A stretch of 19,417 nt of DNA from Gammaproteobacteria bacterium. Lineage in GTDB: Bacteria; Pseudomonadota; Gammaproteobacteria; Thiohalomonadales; Thiohalomonadaceae. Below, piece after piece: positions 1 to 9,100 of this stretch (position 1 is its first letter; the number at the start of each line of letters is the position of its first letter). The DNA lies in NCBI GenBank assembly GCA_003252455.1, contig QKED01000030.1, positions 1-19,417 on the forward strand, given 5' to 3'. A program made the translations under genes and the position numbers. The notes beneath the pieces are model-generated. The model was not told where the DNA came from, made no database searches, and worked only from the letters and a program-made list of their open reading frames with translations.

Positions 1-11
1 CGAGTGCTTGG

Positions 12-275
12 GTGAACAGTGCGGTAGTGGGGTCGCTCATGGGATCGTCCAGATGGGGGATTGACTACGTGTTCAACACAAGATGTGGTGGTCGTGGTAA
101 GCCGTTGATCTTAGCGTCTACCCACACTGATCGCGAAAGAGCCTTGAAATGTCGAATATGGCTCAAATCTTGTAATGACGTAGTTATATTCGTACGTCAA
201 GACAAGACCCCGATCGCGTTCGGAGAGGATGGGTTACGGCTATACCTGCCGCTGAGGTCGATTCAGAGCGACTGA
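12..275 (+). CDS. hypothetical protein; possibly the 3' portion of a gene whose start lies left of the window
   Basis: An 87-codon ORF in about 50% GC DNA, convergent with cap3. The reading frame is open back to position 3, so the gene may continue upstream of the window. I recognise no motif. Weak call. Confidence 0.25.
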   Translation: MNSAVVGSLMGSSRWGIDYVFNTRCGGRGKPLILASTHTDRERALKCRIWLKSCNDVVIFVRQDKTPIAFGEDGLRLYLPLRSIQSD

Positions 276-325
276 GTAGAGAGAATGTGGTGTTTCAAGA
301 CATGAACCCGGCTCGCATTTTATAT

Positions 326-457
326 GTGAGCGAATGCTTACGGCGTTTCAAGACCTGACCCCGATATTTCGTGAGCGAATGCTTACGGCGTTTCAAGACC
401 TGACCCCGATATTTCGCGTGACCTCGATATTTCGCGCATGACCCCGATATTTCGCGC
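326..457. repeat. Tandem direct-repeat (iteron-like) array
   Basis: Read directly from the sequence. Two perfect 45-bp units, GTGAGCGAATGCTTACGGCGTTTCAAGACCTGACCCCGATATTTC, at 326-370 and 371-415. Two further partial units follow. The sub-repeat TGACC(C/T)CGATATTTCG(C/T)G occurs 4 times (about 355, 400, 419, 439); the last three are spaced 19-20 bp apart. The motif TTTCAAGACCTGACC recurs at 346, 391 and 650, and inverted at 611. Confidence 0.9.
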
Positions 458-529
458 AAGCAAACCTTCGATAAAGCCACTAAAGTCGGCGGGTGTACAA
501 GGAAGCGATACAGAGTATTTCGCGTCCTC

Positions 530-610
530 ATTATTTGTCGCAATACTATTATGACTCATGTTATTAAATGTGTTCAAGTTAATGATTTAAGACTAGATCT
601 ACGTAAGATG
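530..610. other. AT-rich tract adjacent to the repeat array
   Basis: Visibly AT-rich (ttatttgtcgcaatactattatgactcatgttattaaatgtgttcaagttaatgatttaagactag), lying between the iteron-like array and the 23-bp inverted repeat. This arrangement resembles a DNA-unwinding element. Confidence 0.5.
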
Positions 611-664
611 GGTCAGGTCTTGAAAAGATGTAAGGTAAAGATTACATCTTTTCAAGACCTGACC
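611..664. repeat. Perfect 23-bp inverted repeat with 8-bp spacer
   Basis: GGTCAGGTCTTGAAAAGATGTAA at 611-633 and its exact reverse complement at 642-664, separated by ggtaaaga. Each arm contains the TTTCAAGACCTGACC motif shared with the upstream 45-bp repeats. Confidence 0.9.
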
Positions 665-747
665 ACGTTGCGTGTGTGCGCTTCCGGTCGGTGGCTAACC
701 ATTTCCGGGTGGGGGTAAGTACCCACTGGGCTCCTTCTCACACTTTC

Positions 748-791
748 GTCGTCACGCCTGTGACGACTTACGAGTGACCAGGCATGCCTGG
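748..791 (-). terminator. Hairpin and 14-bp palindrome downstream of cap3 (candidate operon terminator or operator)
   Basis: gtcgtcac-gcct-gtgacgac (748-767) is an 8-bp stem. ccaggcatgcctgg (778-791) is a perfect palindrome 30 bp after the cap3 stop. No clear U-tract follows, so the terminator assignment is tentative. Confidence 0.3.
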
Positions 792-820
792 CACACCAAG
801 ACATGATCCTAATGAGCGCG

Positions 821-1339
821 TTAAGTGCTGTCGGTAAGAATCCAAGGGTGTACGAACTCGCTAGAGACGCTCCACATACCGAGTCCAGTTACGTCTTCTG
901 CTCGTCCAACTATCAGTATCAACAACGCGCTTATGTTGAGTTGTGAGTTGGCGATAAGGCGACGCATCGCATCGTCATCTAATGTCGAAATTCTAGGGTG
1001 GTCCTCGGCATGGGTGTGCCATTCACCGAGGTACAGCAACCCCTTCATATGGCAATCATCAATGGTTGATTGTGCCGCAGTTGAGTTTGAACGATATCGG
1101 TACCTAGACTGTTCATCACCAGAGTAGGGACCTGACGCCACGGTAACACAGATCTGTCCAGTACTGATGGTCCCAAACAACTGGCCGCCAGCCTCTTTCG
1201 AGCGGAGTGTCGATTGGCGATAACGACCCACGTATTGCACCACCGTCTCAGCTATTAACAGTGATTGATGGATGTCGTGGAGATGACCGATTACCGAACG
1301 GCTCGATCCTGCTTTTACACACGTAGTGGTCATGGCCAC
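821..1339 (-). CDS. cap3: JAB/JAMM (MPN+) metallopeptidase, CBASS Cap3-like
   Basis: The JAMM motif H-x-H-x7-S-x2-D is present as HTHAEDHPRISTLD, with an upstream Glu (KEAGG). The gene is 172 aa and overlaps the upstream E1/E2 gene by 10 nt. It is the last gene of the capV-cdn-cap2-cap3 operon. Confidence 0.85.
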   Translation of the reverse strand: MAMTTTCVKAGSSRSVIGHLHDIHQSLLIAETVVQYVGRYRQSTLRSKEAGGQLFGTISTGQICVTVASGPYSGDEQSRYRYRSNSTAAQSTIDDCHMKGLLYLGEWHTHAEDHPRISTLDDDAMRRLIANSQLNISALLILIVGRAEDVTGLGMWSVSSEFVHPWILTDST

Positions 1340-3039
1340 ACAAACTCCCGTAGAGCATACCTGTCTGTAAAAGTTGTCCGAATTATGCCCCCATTCTCGT
1401 TGACAACATCAGGATTTCCCATCCAAACCCGACGACACGAACTCGGTATCTTGTCAGTAAGCATGTCAATTGCTAGTCCGGCCGCCATGCTTACAGTTGG
1501 GTATAGGTCAATTACCCCGTGAGGTTGGAAGGTATTACCACAACCAGCTTCAACAATGAGCGCAGCTGCCCCTTCTGGCCAATCAGTTAATCTGAAGGTT
1601 GCCAGTTCTTCTTCGTCAAAGCCGATGAGGATAGATGCCTTACCGTATAATAGAATAGCGTGCCCTGCCGCAGCGAATGCCTCGGTCCAGGTACTTAGTA
1701 GCGCGGGGATTCGCTGCAGCCCTCTTCTCCAATGATCTATGGCTGCCTCTCCATCGAAGTCTATTCCGGCAGAGATGACTAGGTCAGCATCTGCAAGCTG
1801 AACAAGCTCCATCGAGCTAAGCTTTTCGAATGATTTTTGGAATGCATGCTGGAAAGTCAAGTGAGGAAACTCACGTCGCAAGTGAGCTTGTAATGCAATC
1901 GCCTTATTTGAGCCTACATTAGAGAACCCAAGCAAGTGTCGCGAAATGTTAGCCGTGTTAAGCCTATCAGGGTCGACGAATATCAATTCACCGATACCTG
2001 CCTGTGCTAAAAGGTGTGCCAAAGTTGCTCCGATCGAACCGCACCCAATGATGACAACCTTCCGGTTCTTAATCAACATATGGCTCGATGCGTGATCTCG
2101 ACCGTGAATCCAAGCTCCATCAACACGTGTGACTATGCAACGCTCGACAGGTCGGCGAACATAGGAGTTGACTATACGTGCTGGTGGTACGCGCGAAATA
2201 TGCCGAAAACCGCGAAGTACGTCACTGCGCTTGGCACTGTTCAATATAACAGCTACGAAGACGGGACCAGTCTCGGTCTTCGCTTCAAATAAAAATGGCA
2301 GACGCAATCCAGGCTTTAGGCACTTGTGGACAGCTTCAGATGGTACGAGTCTGGCAATCTCCACGCCTCTTTCCGGAAATTCATTCGGTGTCCATGGCCG
2401 CAGAAGGCGAAACAGCCAAGTCGTGGATATCTGTTTGTTGTTGGGATTCACGCCTGTGTTGCGAAGCCATCTCGAGAGCACACTTTTGTCATCAGCGATT
2501 ATGTAGTAATTGAATCGCGTGTCAAAAAAATACGCAACTTCGCGCGTCGCTCCGCCAGGAGACACGAGGCTGTGCACTCGTGTGCGTACGGGGCCATTAG
2601 TGGCGCGCTGCGCCCAATAAGCGCTGAACTCACGCTCAAACTCTTTGTCCCGTTTTGATTCAGTGAAACTGAGTAATTCATCTGCATCTTTGAGATGCGC
2701 AACAATCCTATCTACTATCGGAGCAGTATTGCGAGTAGCTCTCAAGCACAATAGACCTAGCGGTTCCACGTGCGGCCAACTGTATTCATTGTCTGCTGCG
2801 GGAGCGATGACCCTGGGTTGTGAATTCGGGAAGGCAGAATCGACAGCCAAGATCAGATGGTCGACTTTCTCATGTTCGAGCACGCCCACTGGAACGCTCA
2901 CCTGCCACCCCAGCTGAAATCCCGCGTGGATCTCCTTTAGCTCGTCGGAAGTTAGTCGCCGCCACTCGTTTGGACGATATTGCTCAAGCCCCTGTTCGAT
3001 CTCACGCGTGATCTGGGTGCGCTGCACTTCTGTCCTCAA
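1330..3039 (-). CDS. cap2: E2/E1 fusion protein (N-terminal UBC-like E2, C-terminal ThiF/MoeB-type E1), CBASS Cap2-like
   Basis: The C-terminal half has a Rossmann motif VVIIGCGSIGATLAHLLAQAGIGELIFVDPDRLNTANISRH, typical of ThiF/E1 adenylation domains. The N-terminal half contains WPHVEPLGLLCL, which resembles the UBC HPN...G.iCL catalytic-Cys motif. The TTG start overlaps the CD-NTase stop (TTGA). Confidence 0.85.
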   Translation of the reverse strand: MRTEVQRTQITREIEQGLEQYRPNEWRRLTSDELKEIHAGFQLGWQVSVPVGVLEHEKVDHLILAVDSAFPNSQPRVIAPAADNEYSWPHVEPLGLLCLRATRNTAPIVDRIVAHLKDADELLSFTESKRDKEFEREFSAYWAQRATNGPVRTRVHSLVSPGGATREVAYFFDTRFNYYIIADDKSVLSRWLRNTGVNPNNKQISTTWLFRLLRPWTPNEFPERGVEIARLVPSEAVHKCLKPGLRLPFLFEAKTETGPVFVAVILNSAKRSDVLRGFRHISRVPPARIVNSYVRRPVERCIVTRVDGAWIHGRDHASSHMLIKNRKVVIIGCGSIGATLAHLLAQAGIGELIFVDPDRLNTANISRHLLGFSNVGSNKAIALQAHLRREFPHLTFQHAFQKSFEKLSSMELVQLADADLVISAGIDFDGEAAIDHWRRGLQRIPALLSTWTEAFAAAGHAILLYGKASILIGFDEEELATFRLTDWPEGAAALIVEAGCGNTFQPHGVIDLYPTVSMAAGLAIDMLTDKIPSSCRRVWMGNPDVVNENGGIIRTTFTDRYALREFVWP

Positions 3040-4076
3040 CCGAATCTACCGCCACCATCATTGCGCCGCGCCGTACCCCCCGATGTGACTTTGATGGCTA
3101 ACGCTTCGCCCCCATCATCGCCACTCCCGTCAGGTACCGAAGTGAAAAAGTCGGTGTCGAACACATCATTCCAGGCTTCCTGCGCTTGCTTCCGAGTGCA
3201 ATCAGACGAATCCAGCGCCTCAAGAGTCTTGATTGCATTGTTCAAGCAATCACGGAAAAATGTGACCTCTTTGTCACCCTCCAAGGCCAGCATGTTGTCA
3301 AGCACCGGGTGTGTTATCTTTGTAGAACTCTGGAGCTTGGCGGAGATAGCTTTCCATGTCTCACGTAGCGCCCTGTCGTCCCGGTTCGAGATGGCTGCAA
3401 AGTGATCTACTACTAGTTTGGTGATGCAGATACCGCTAGCAATCTTGTTTTTCCAGTTAGCTCGACGTGCGAACTTCTTGGTCAATTTCGTGACGCGTCT
3501 CATCTGACTGCCGTCTGACTCACCGGAGTTTAGTTCACCAACAAGGTTATTAAACCAGCGGGTCACAGCCCGAGCGTCTGAGCAGATCCACTCGTCACCG
3601 CTGGCTAACTCGTATTGGTCAACCAAATTGTCATTCTCGTCCTTAGTAGTGACGACGCGGTAGACCGGAATATCGATGTGGTATCCAGCGGCATATACTT
3701 GGCGTACGCAGTTGCGTTTCACAGTGGCCTCTTGCTTGAGGCGGCCGTCCCAAGTCAGTGCGTCGCAAACTCGCTGGCGAGCAGCCAGCGGTGTGAGCGC
3801 AGTATCGGCATCATCCTTGAGGTCGGCAAACGCGAAATATGCACCATCGTCGATGTCGTAGTCGTTGTCATCGTCTTGGACCATAGTACGCATCTGGTAC
3901 GAACCCTGCGACCGGATTTCCTTGGGCTTCGGTCTTTTGGCCTCATTGAGGCCGTTCTCCAAGCGCGTGCGCCCAGCATTCCGTCGCTTGCGCATCTCAG
4001 CTTGTTGCTTGTTCGAAAGTGTAACCTTCTCACTGTGGAAGCCCTTCATTTCGCTGTGGCAGTTAACGTCAGCCAT
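3036..4076 (-). CDS. cdnA: cGAS/DncV-like nucleotidyltransferase (CD-NTase), DncV-like
   Basis: The pol-beta nucleotidyltransferase motif reads QGSYQMRTM...DYDIDDGAYFA (DncV: QGSFQYDTL...DIDDGTYMP). The third acidic residue is in GYHIDIPVY (DncV: THIDVPMY). WICSDARAVTRWFNN matches DncV WINSDPKIVEDWFND. A GGGA Shine-Dalgarno lies 7 nt upstream of the ATG. Confidence 0.88.
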   Translation of the reverse strand: MADVNCHSEMKGFHSEKVTLSNKQQAEMRKRRNAGRTRLENGLNEAKRPKPKEIRSQGSYQMRTMVQDDDNDYDIDDGAYFAFADLKDDADTALTPLAARQRVCDALTWDGRLKQEATVKRNCVRQVYAAGYHIDIPVYRVVTTKDENDNLVDQYELASGDEWICSDARAVTRWFNNLVGELNSGESDGSQMRRVTKLTKKFARRANWKNKIASGICITKLVVDHFAAISNRDDRALRETWKAISAKLQSSTKITHPVLDNMLALEGDKEVTFFRDCLNNAIKTLEALDSSDCTRKQAQEAWNDVFDTDFFTSVPDGSGDDGGEALAIKVTSGGTARRNDGGGRFG

Positions 4077-4088
4077 TTAATTTCCCTG

Positions 4089-5195
4089 TTATTGGTTGGT
4101 GTCTCTTGGTTTCGCATCGGCTAGGGTAGCTCGGAAGGCTTCCATTTCCACTGTACGGGAAGCCCAGGCAAAATCGACATCAGATATGGCCTGACGTGCA
4201 AGTGCGTTTAGCACCTTCGGTCGCGCGTCATCCATGTTATCAAGGTATTCTCGAAGTTCGTTAGATGGGCACTGCGCGGGCAATCGGTACGCGAAGCTTC
4301 CATCGCCCCGAATCTCGGCCAATTTGGCTGCAAGGTAATCGTAGCCCACGGCTTGCGCGTTCAAACTGGCCGCTATAGCCCGAAGCCCAAACTTCCACCC
4401 GCGTGCGCCTCGGTGTAAAGAACGGTTGCTTACCTCTTCGCCGCCTTGTGACGGTAACGTGCCAAGCATGAAAAGGTGAATCGGGCGATGTTCCCCGCGA
4501 TCATTCAGGATCTCGATCGCTTCAATCATTCCGATGAGTCCAGGGTTGTTGGCCCAGAGCCCTCCATCCACGTATGTTGCCGTTGCGCCCTTGCCACCGT
4601 GCTCGTCCAACCTTGCCATCGACCGGAGGATCGGCGCTGCGCTGGTGGCCATGCAAATATCGACTAGCGTCCTCCCATTGTCTCGTCCGTTTAGTCGTTT
4701 GAGATGTTGTGTCTTGAAAACCACCGCAGCATGACGATTGATGTCCAGTGTTGGCACAGCCAGTGCTATACCTCGCGAATCGTACATAGACTTGACGGTC
4801 ATATTGCCAAAAATAGTAGCGAGGGTACTCCGCAATGCATCATCGCCTTTGCGCAAACCGACGCCAACTCCCTTCAGGAACAGGCCGATAAATGGAAGTG
4901 ATCGCGCCCATTGCATAGGAAAAATCTTGGGGCCAGCCTTGGCATACAGAGATTGGATGTCTGGTAGTGGCACACCGGCAACTAATCCACACGCTACGAT
5001 CCCACCAGTACTGGTACCTACGATTAGGTCGAAAGCTGTGCCAATGTCTAGGGACTGTTGACGGTTTAGACTATCTTCAATGCGGTCTTCAAAGGTAGCG
5101 AGATAAGCCGACTGATATGCACCACGCATACCGCCACCGTCCAGACACAGTACTCGAAATGGTTTCGTTTCTGTCACGTCGCTCACTACTATCAA
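4089..5195 (-). CDS. capV: Patatin-like phospholipase, CBASS effector CapV-like
   Basis: The oxyanion motif LDGGGMRG and the nucleophile motif GTSTGG (GxSxG) are both present. The gene is the first in the operon and starts at a TTG. 368 aa. Confidence 0.88.
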   Translation of the reverse strand: MIVVSDVTETKPFRVLCLDGGGMRGAYQSAYLATFEDRIEDSLNRQQSLDIGTAFDLIVGTSTGGIVACGLVAGVPLPDIQSLYAKAGPKIFPMQWARSLPFIGLFLKGVGVGLRKGDDALRSTLATIFGNMTVKSMYDSRGIALAVPTLDINRHAAVVFKTQHLKRLNGRDNGRTLVDICMATSAAPILRSMARLDEHGGKGATATYVDGGLWANNPGLIGMIEAIEILNDRGEHRPIHLFMLGTLPSQGGEEVSNRSLHRGARGWKFGLRAIAASLNAQAVGYDYLAAKLAEIRGDGSFAYRLPAQCPSNELREYLDNMDDARPKVLNALARQAISDVDFAWASRTVEMEAFRATLADAKPRDTNQ

Positions 5196-5295
5196 CTCAA
5201 AAGCCGCGAATACTCTGTGTTATGAGGAATCGGTCTAGAAACACCTGAATCCGGCAGGAAGACCTGGCAGTTCGCCATCTAGCATCCACTCCACC
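5196..5295 (-). promoter_or_regulatory. Intergenic region upstream of capV (putative CBASS promoter) and island/chromosome junction
   Basis: A 100-bp non-coding gap immediately 5' of capV. GC composition changes across it. I could not assign -35/-10 boxes with confidence. Confidence 0.3.
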
Positions 5296-5676
5296 CTACT
5301 TAGCCAACGCCACAGGCAGATACGGACTCTCCGGATTCACACTCAACTGCTGTGTAGCCGGATGCAACACCAAGTCCATCATCTCCATCGGCACCGCCCC
5401 CATGAGCGGCTCATCACCGAACACCAACGCCGAGAGGTCACAATAACGGTCACCAAAGTGGACACGCAGCGGTCCCACCATCGGTACCCGCTTGCGCGTA
5501 CCGTCGGCGAGAATCACCTCCCGCGTACTGAACTCCTCGGTGTCGTACCCGAGTTGCAAGGCCATGTGCTGTGGGATCACCATAAACACAGCCCCTGAGT
5601 CGACCAGCGACCGGACCTCGATTCGCCGACCGATAAAGCTGTTTTCCAGTGTTAAATTCGCGTAGGTCAAACCCAT
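5296..5676 (-). CDS. Retropepsin-like (clan AA) aspartic protease, paralog B
   Basis: 126 aa. The active-site motif is LVDSGAVFMV. The C-terminal stretch ALVFGDEPLMGAVPMEMMDLVL has the retropepsin character. About 45% identical to the adjacent paralog. Confidence 0.75.
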   Translation of the reverse strand: MGLTYANLTLENSFIGRRIEVRSLVDSGAVFMVIPQHMALQLGYDTEEFSTREVILADGTRKRVPMVGPLRVHFGDRYCDLSALVFGDEPLMGAVPMEMMDLVLHPATQQLSVNPESPYLPVALAK

Positions 5677-5716
5677 CAGTGGCCCCCTCTACAAAAGCCG
5701 AGCAACTACAACCTAA

Positions 5717-6097
5717 TCACTTCACCCGAGCATGCGGAATATTCGGACTCGCCGGGTCCACCCCCAGCTCCCTCCGCGCGGGATTGACCACCAGATCCAT
5801 ATCCTCCATCTGCACAGCCCCGAGCAGCACCTCATCACCCAGCACCAGAGCCCCGACATAACAGAAGCGGTCACCAAAGCGGACCTTGATCGGCCCGACA
5901 TAGGGCACCAGCAAACTCCGGCCATCGGCAACGCTCACTTCACGCTCAGATTCCGTCTCAAGTTGAAGCTGATTGGCGATGTGCTGCGGGATGCAGAGCA
6001 TCAATGCCCCCGTATCCGCTGGTGCCTGGGTACGGATAGGTGCCAGCGCTGCATCACGCGGGTTGCTCAGCTCGATGTTGGCGAACACATGACCCAT
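5717..6097 (-). CDS. Retropepsin-like (clan AA) aspartic protease, paralog A
   Basis: 126 aa. The active-site motif is ADTGALMLCIPQH. ALVLGDEVLLGAVQMEDMDLVV parallels the downstream paralog. Confidence 0.75.
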   Translation of the reverse strand: MGHVFANIELSNPRDAALAPIRTQAPADTGALMLCIPQHIANQLQLETESEREVSVADGRSLLVPYVGPIKVRFGDRFCYVGALVLGDEVLLGAVQMEDMDLVVNPARRELGVDPASPNIPHARVK

Positions 6098-6163
6098 GTC
6101 CGAATCCTCAGGTATACGCGTAGAGCCGAGTATAGGGTCGTGAAGGTGCCGATGTCATGCCCG

Positions 6164-9100
6164 TCACTCCTTCTTCCCCCGAATCCCCTTCAACCCCTGC
6201 TCAATCTGCTGCAACCGCTTCATCACCGCATCGCTCACAGAGTTCTTCTCGTGCAGCGAGCGCAGCATCGGCTTGAGCGAGAGGTCGACCACCTCGATGA
6301 GCTGTTCAACCAGGGTCTGCATGGCGGGCAGGGGTTCGTTGACCAGGTTGATCTCCGGCTGTTTGGCGCTCAGTGCCTCCAGCGTCTTGTTCAGCCGCTG
6401 CAGGTAGAGCACGGTGGCGCGGGCGTTGTAGCTCTCTTTCTCCAGGCGGGCGTCGTGGCCTTCGCTCATGCTGCGGGCGGCCTGATTGAGGGCCTCCAAC
6501 TGCTGCCCAAGCCCGGCGAGCTGGCCGGCGACGCGGGTGGCGGGGTCGTTTTCGTCGCCGATGACGGAGGCACGGCGGCGGTACTCCTGGGTGATGGCGT
6601 GCCAGCGCGCGGCCTGCTCGGGGGTCTGTTTGCCGCGCAGGGCGGCGAGCTTGAGCAGGTTCTCTTCGGCGCCGGTGGTGAGGGTCTGCGCCTCGCCGAT
6701 GTAGTGGTCGTCGATCAGCGCCTCCAGTTCGGCGTCGTTCATCACCGCCACCACCTTCTCGGCCATCTTGTTCATGTTGCGGTAGCTGCCCTGGAGCTTG
6801 AACGGCGGCTCGGTGCGGTAGGCGTCGTGCTGGCTGGCGGATTCGATGTAGGCGAGGTTGACCTTGAGCACGGTCTGCTGGATGCGCAGCAGTTTCTTCA
6901 GAACGTCGACGATCTCGGCCAGCTCGGCGGCGGAGTAGCCGTGGCCCAGTTCGTTGCTGGAGATCTCCTCGCCCTGGGCCATGCGGATTAGTTTGTAGAG
7001 GTCCTGCATGTCGCGGGTGGCGAGCGGGGCGAGGGTGGCGTTGGAGGTGAGGGCGTTCTCGATGTAGGAGAGGGCGAAGGCCTGCTCCTTGCCGCCGAGG
7101 ACGTCGCCGAGGTTGTAGATGTCGGCGCGGTTGGCGAGCATGTCGGGGATCTTGAACGCCTCGCCGGACTCGGTGTAGGGGTTGCCCGCCATGATGATGC
7201 AGAAGCGCTTGCCGCGCAGGTCGTAGCTGCGGCTGCGGCCGCGCCAGACCCCCTCGACACGGCGGGTGCCATCGGCCAGGGAGATGAACTTCTGCAGGAA
7301 CTCGGGGTTGGTGTGCTGGATGTCGTCGAGGTAGAGCATGACGTTGTTGCCCATCTCCAGCGCCAGGTTGAGCTTCTCCAGCTCCTGTTTGGCGGCGGCG
7401 CCGGGGGCCTCGACGGGGTCGAGGCCGGTGACGGCGTGGCCGATGGTGGGGCAGTTGATCTTCATGAAGATGAGCCCGAGGCGGTGGGCGGTGTACTCCA
7501 TGAGGGTGGTCTTGCCGTAGCCGGGCGGGGAGATGAGCAGCAGCATGCCCATCAGGTCGGTGCGCTTGGCGTCGCCCAGCGCCCCCATCTGCTTGGCCAG
7601 GTTGTCGCCGATGAGTGGCAGGTAGACCTCGTTGATCAGCTGGTTGCGCACGAAGCTGGTGAGTGGGCGCGGTTTGAACTCCTCAAGGCGTAGCGCCTCG
7701 CGCGCCTGCTCGGCCACCTCGCGGCGGCTCTGGCGGTAGGCGCGGAAGGCGGGCACGCGGGTGTGGCCGAACTGCTCCAGCCGCTGCAGGAACTCGTCCA
7801 GCTCCAGCACCAGGGTGCGCTCGACGATACGCGGGTGCTGGCCGAGCAGGCCGCCCACCTCGGCGCGGGTGAGGGTGGCGCTGGCCTGGTGGTCGAGGCG
7901 CCCCTCGGTGAGCAGCAGGGCGGTGGCGGCGGGGATGCGGCGGATGGCGTCCTCGCCCGCCCCGGTATGGCGCAGATACTGCTCCAGCCAGGCGCTGACC
8001 AGTTGGACCTGGTCGGCGAGGGACTCCTCCAGCGCCTCCAGGTCCTCCTCGAACTCGGCGCGGTGTCCGGCCTGCTCCAACTCGCGGCGCAGCCCGGCGA
8101 CCAGCTCCTCGGCCTCGTGGCTGGTGGTGAGGCGCAGCGGGTGCTGGCGCAGCTCGGCGATGAGATAGGCCCCGGCGAGGCGCTGCTCGCCCGCGTCGAA
8201 GTCGAGGCGCATCTCGCCACAGAAGGCGGCGAGCAGGCCGACCGCCTCCTCCACCAGCGCCAGCTCGGCGCGGTGGGCACCGAAGCGTCCGGCCAGTTGG
8301 CCGAGGCTGCGGGCACGGCGTTGCAGCCCCTGCGGCCCCTGCTCGGCCCAGTAGAGCCAGGCGAGGGCGCGCGGACGTGGGCCGAAGCGCAGCAGCCCGG
8401 CCCCGGCGTGCAGGTCGAGCAGGGCGGCGAGGATGGCGGCGGCGTCGACGTCGTGCACGCCGCGCTCGTAGCCCTCTTCGTAGCGCTCGGCGGCGGCCCT
8501 ACGCACCCGTTCGCGCAGGGCGTCGGGGTCCGCCGCCAGGGTGTGCAGCTCGGCCAGGGTGTCGCTGGCCTCGGCGGCGAACAGCAGGCTGGCGGCCAGG
8601 TACTCGGCGCGGTAGACGCTGGCGTCTTCCGATACGCGCTCCTGCTCCCAGTAGTCGCGGAAGGCGGCGAGGCGTTCGTCCTCCACCGGCTCGAAGAAAT
8701 CGGTGCCGGTGAGGTGCAGACTCATCCTGCCGTCGACCGGCAGCAGGGTGAGGTCGAGCGGGCTGGTGGTGACACTGAAGCGGTGCTTGCCCAGGCGGAT
8801 GACGTTGCCGCCCTCCTCGAAGATCTCGCTGCGGTCGCGCAGGGTGCGGCTCGACTGGTCGCGGGCCGACTTGAGGCGCGCCTCCACATCGTCGGCACGT
8901 ACGCTGTCGCCCAGTTCGCGCAGCCGTTCGACCAGCTCGCGCAGCTTGAGGATCATCGGATCGGCGGCAAAGTAGGCGTTGATGGCGTCCTGGTCGGAGA
9001 AGCCCTCGACCCTGCGCTCGACCCCCTGCAGGATGCGGTCGGCGGCGGCGGCCATGTTCTGCGCGCGGCGCTGGCGCTCCTCGTTGAGCTGCTGTTTGCG

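Noticed and set aside
326-457. Considered a CRISPR array
   Set aside because: The repeats are directly contiguous with no unique spacers, and no cas genes are present.
295-577. Small minus-strand ORFs (82 and 64 aa) overlapping the tandem repeat array
   Set aside because: Their sequences are generated by the repeats themselves (repeated peptide segments). There is no start context. The region is better explained as a non-coding repeat array.
2014-2917. Several 70-110 aa plus-strand ORFs inside cap2, and ORFs at 2980-3405 and 3615-4124 inside the CD-NTase gene
   Set aside because: They are antisense to motif-confirmed CBASS genes. None has a recognisable motif.
5196-5295. Looked for a tRNA or tmRNA 3' end or direct repeats marking an integrase att site at the GC boundary
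   Set aside because: No tRNA-like cloverleaf or conserved CCA-proximal sequence was recognisable by eye, and the other island end is outside the window.
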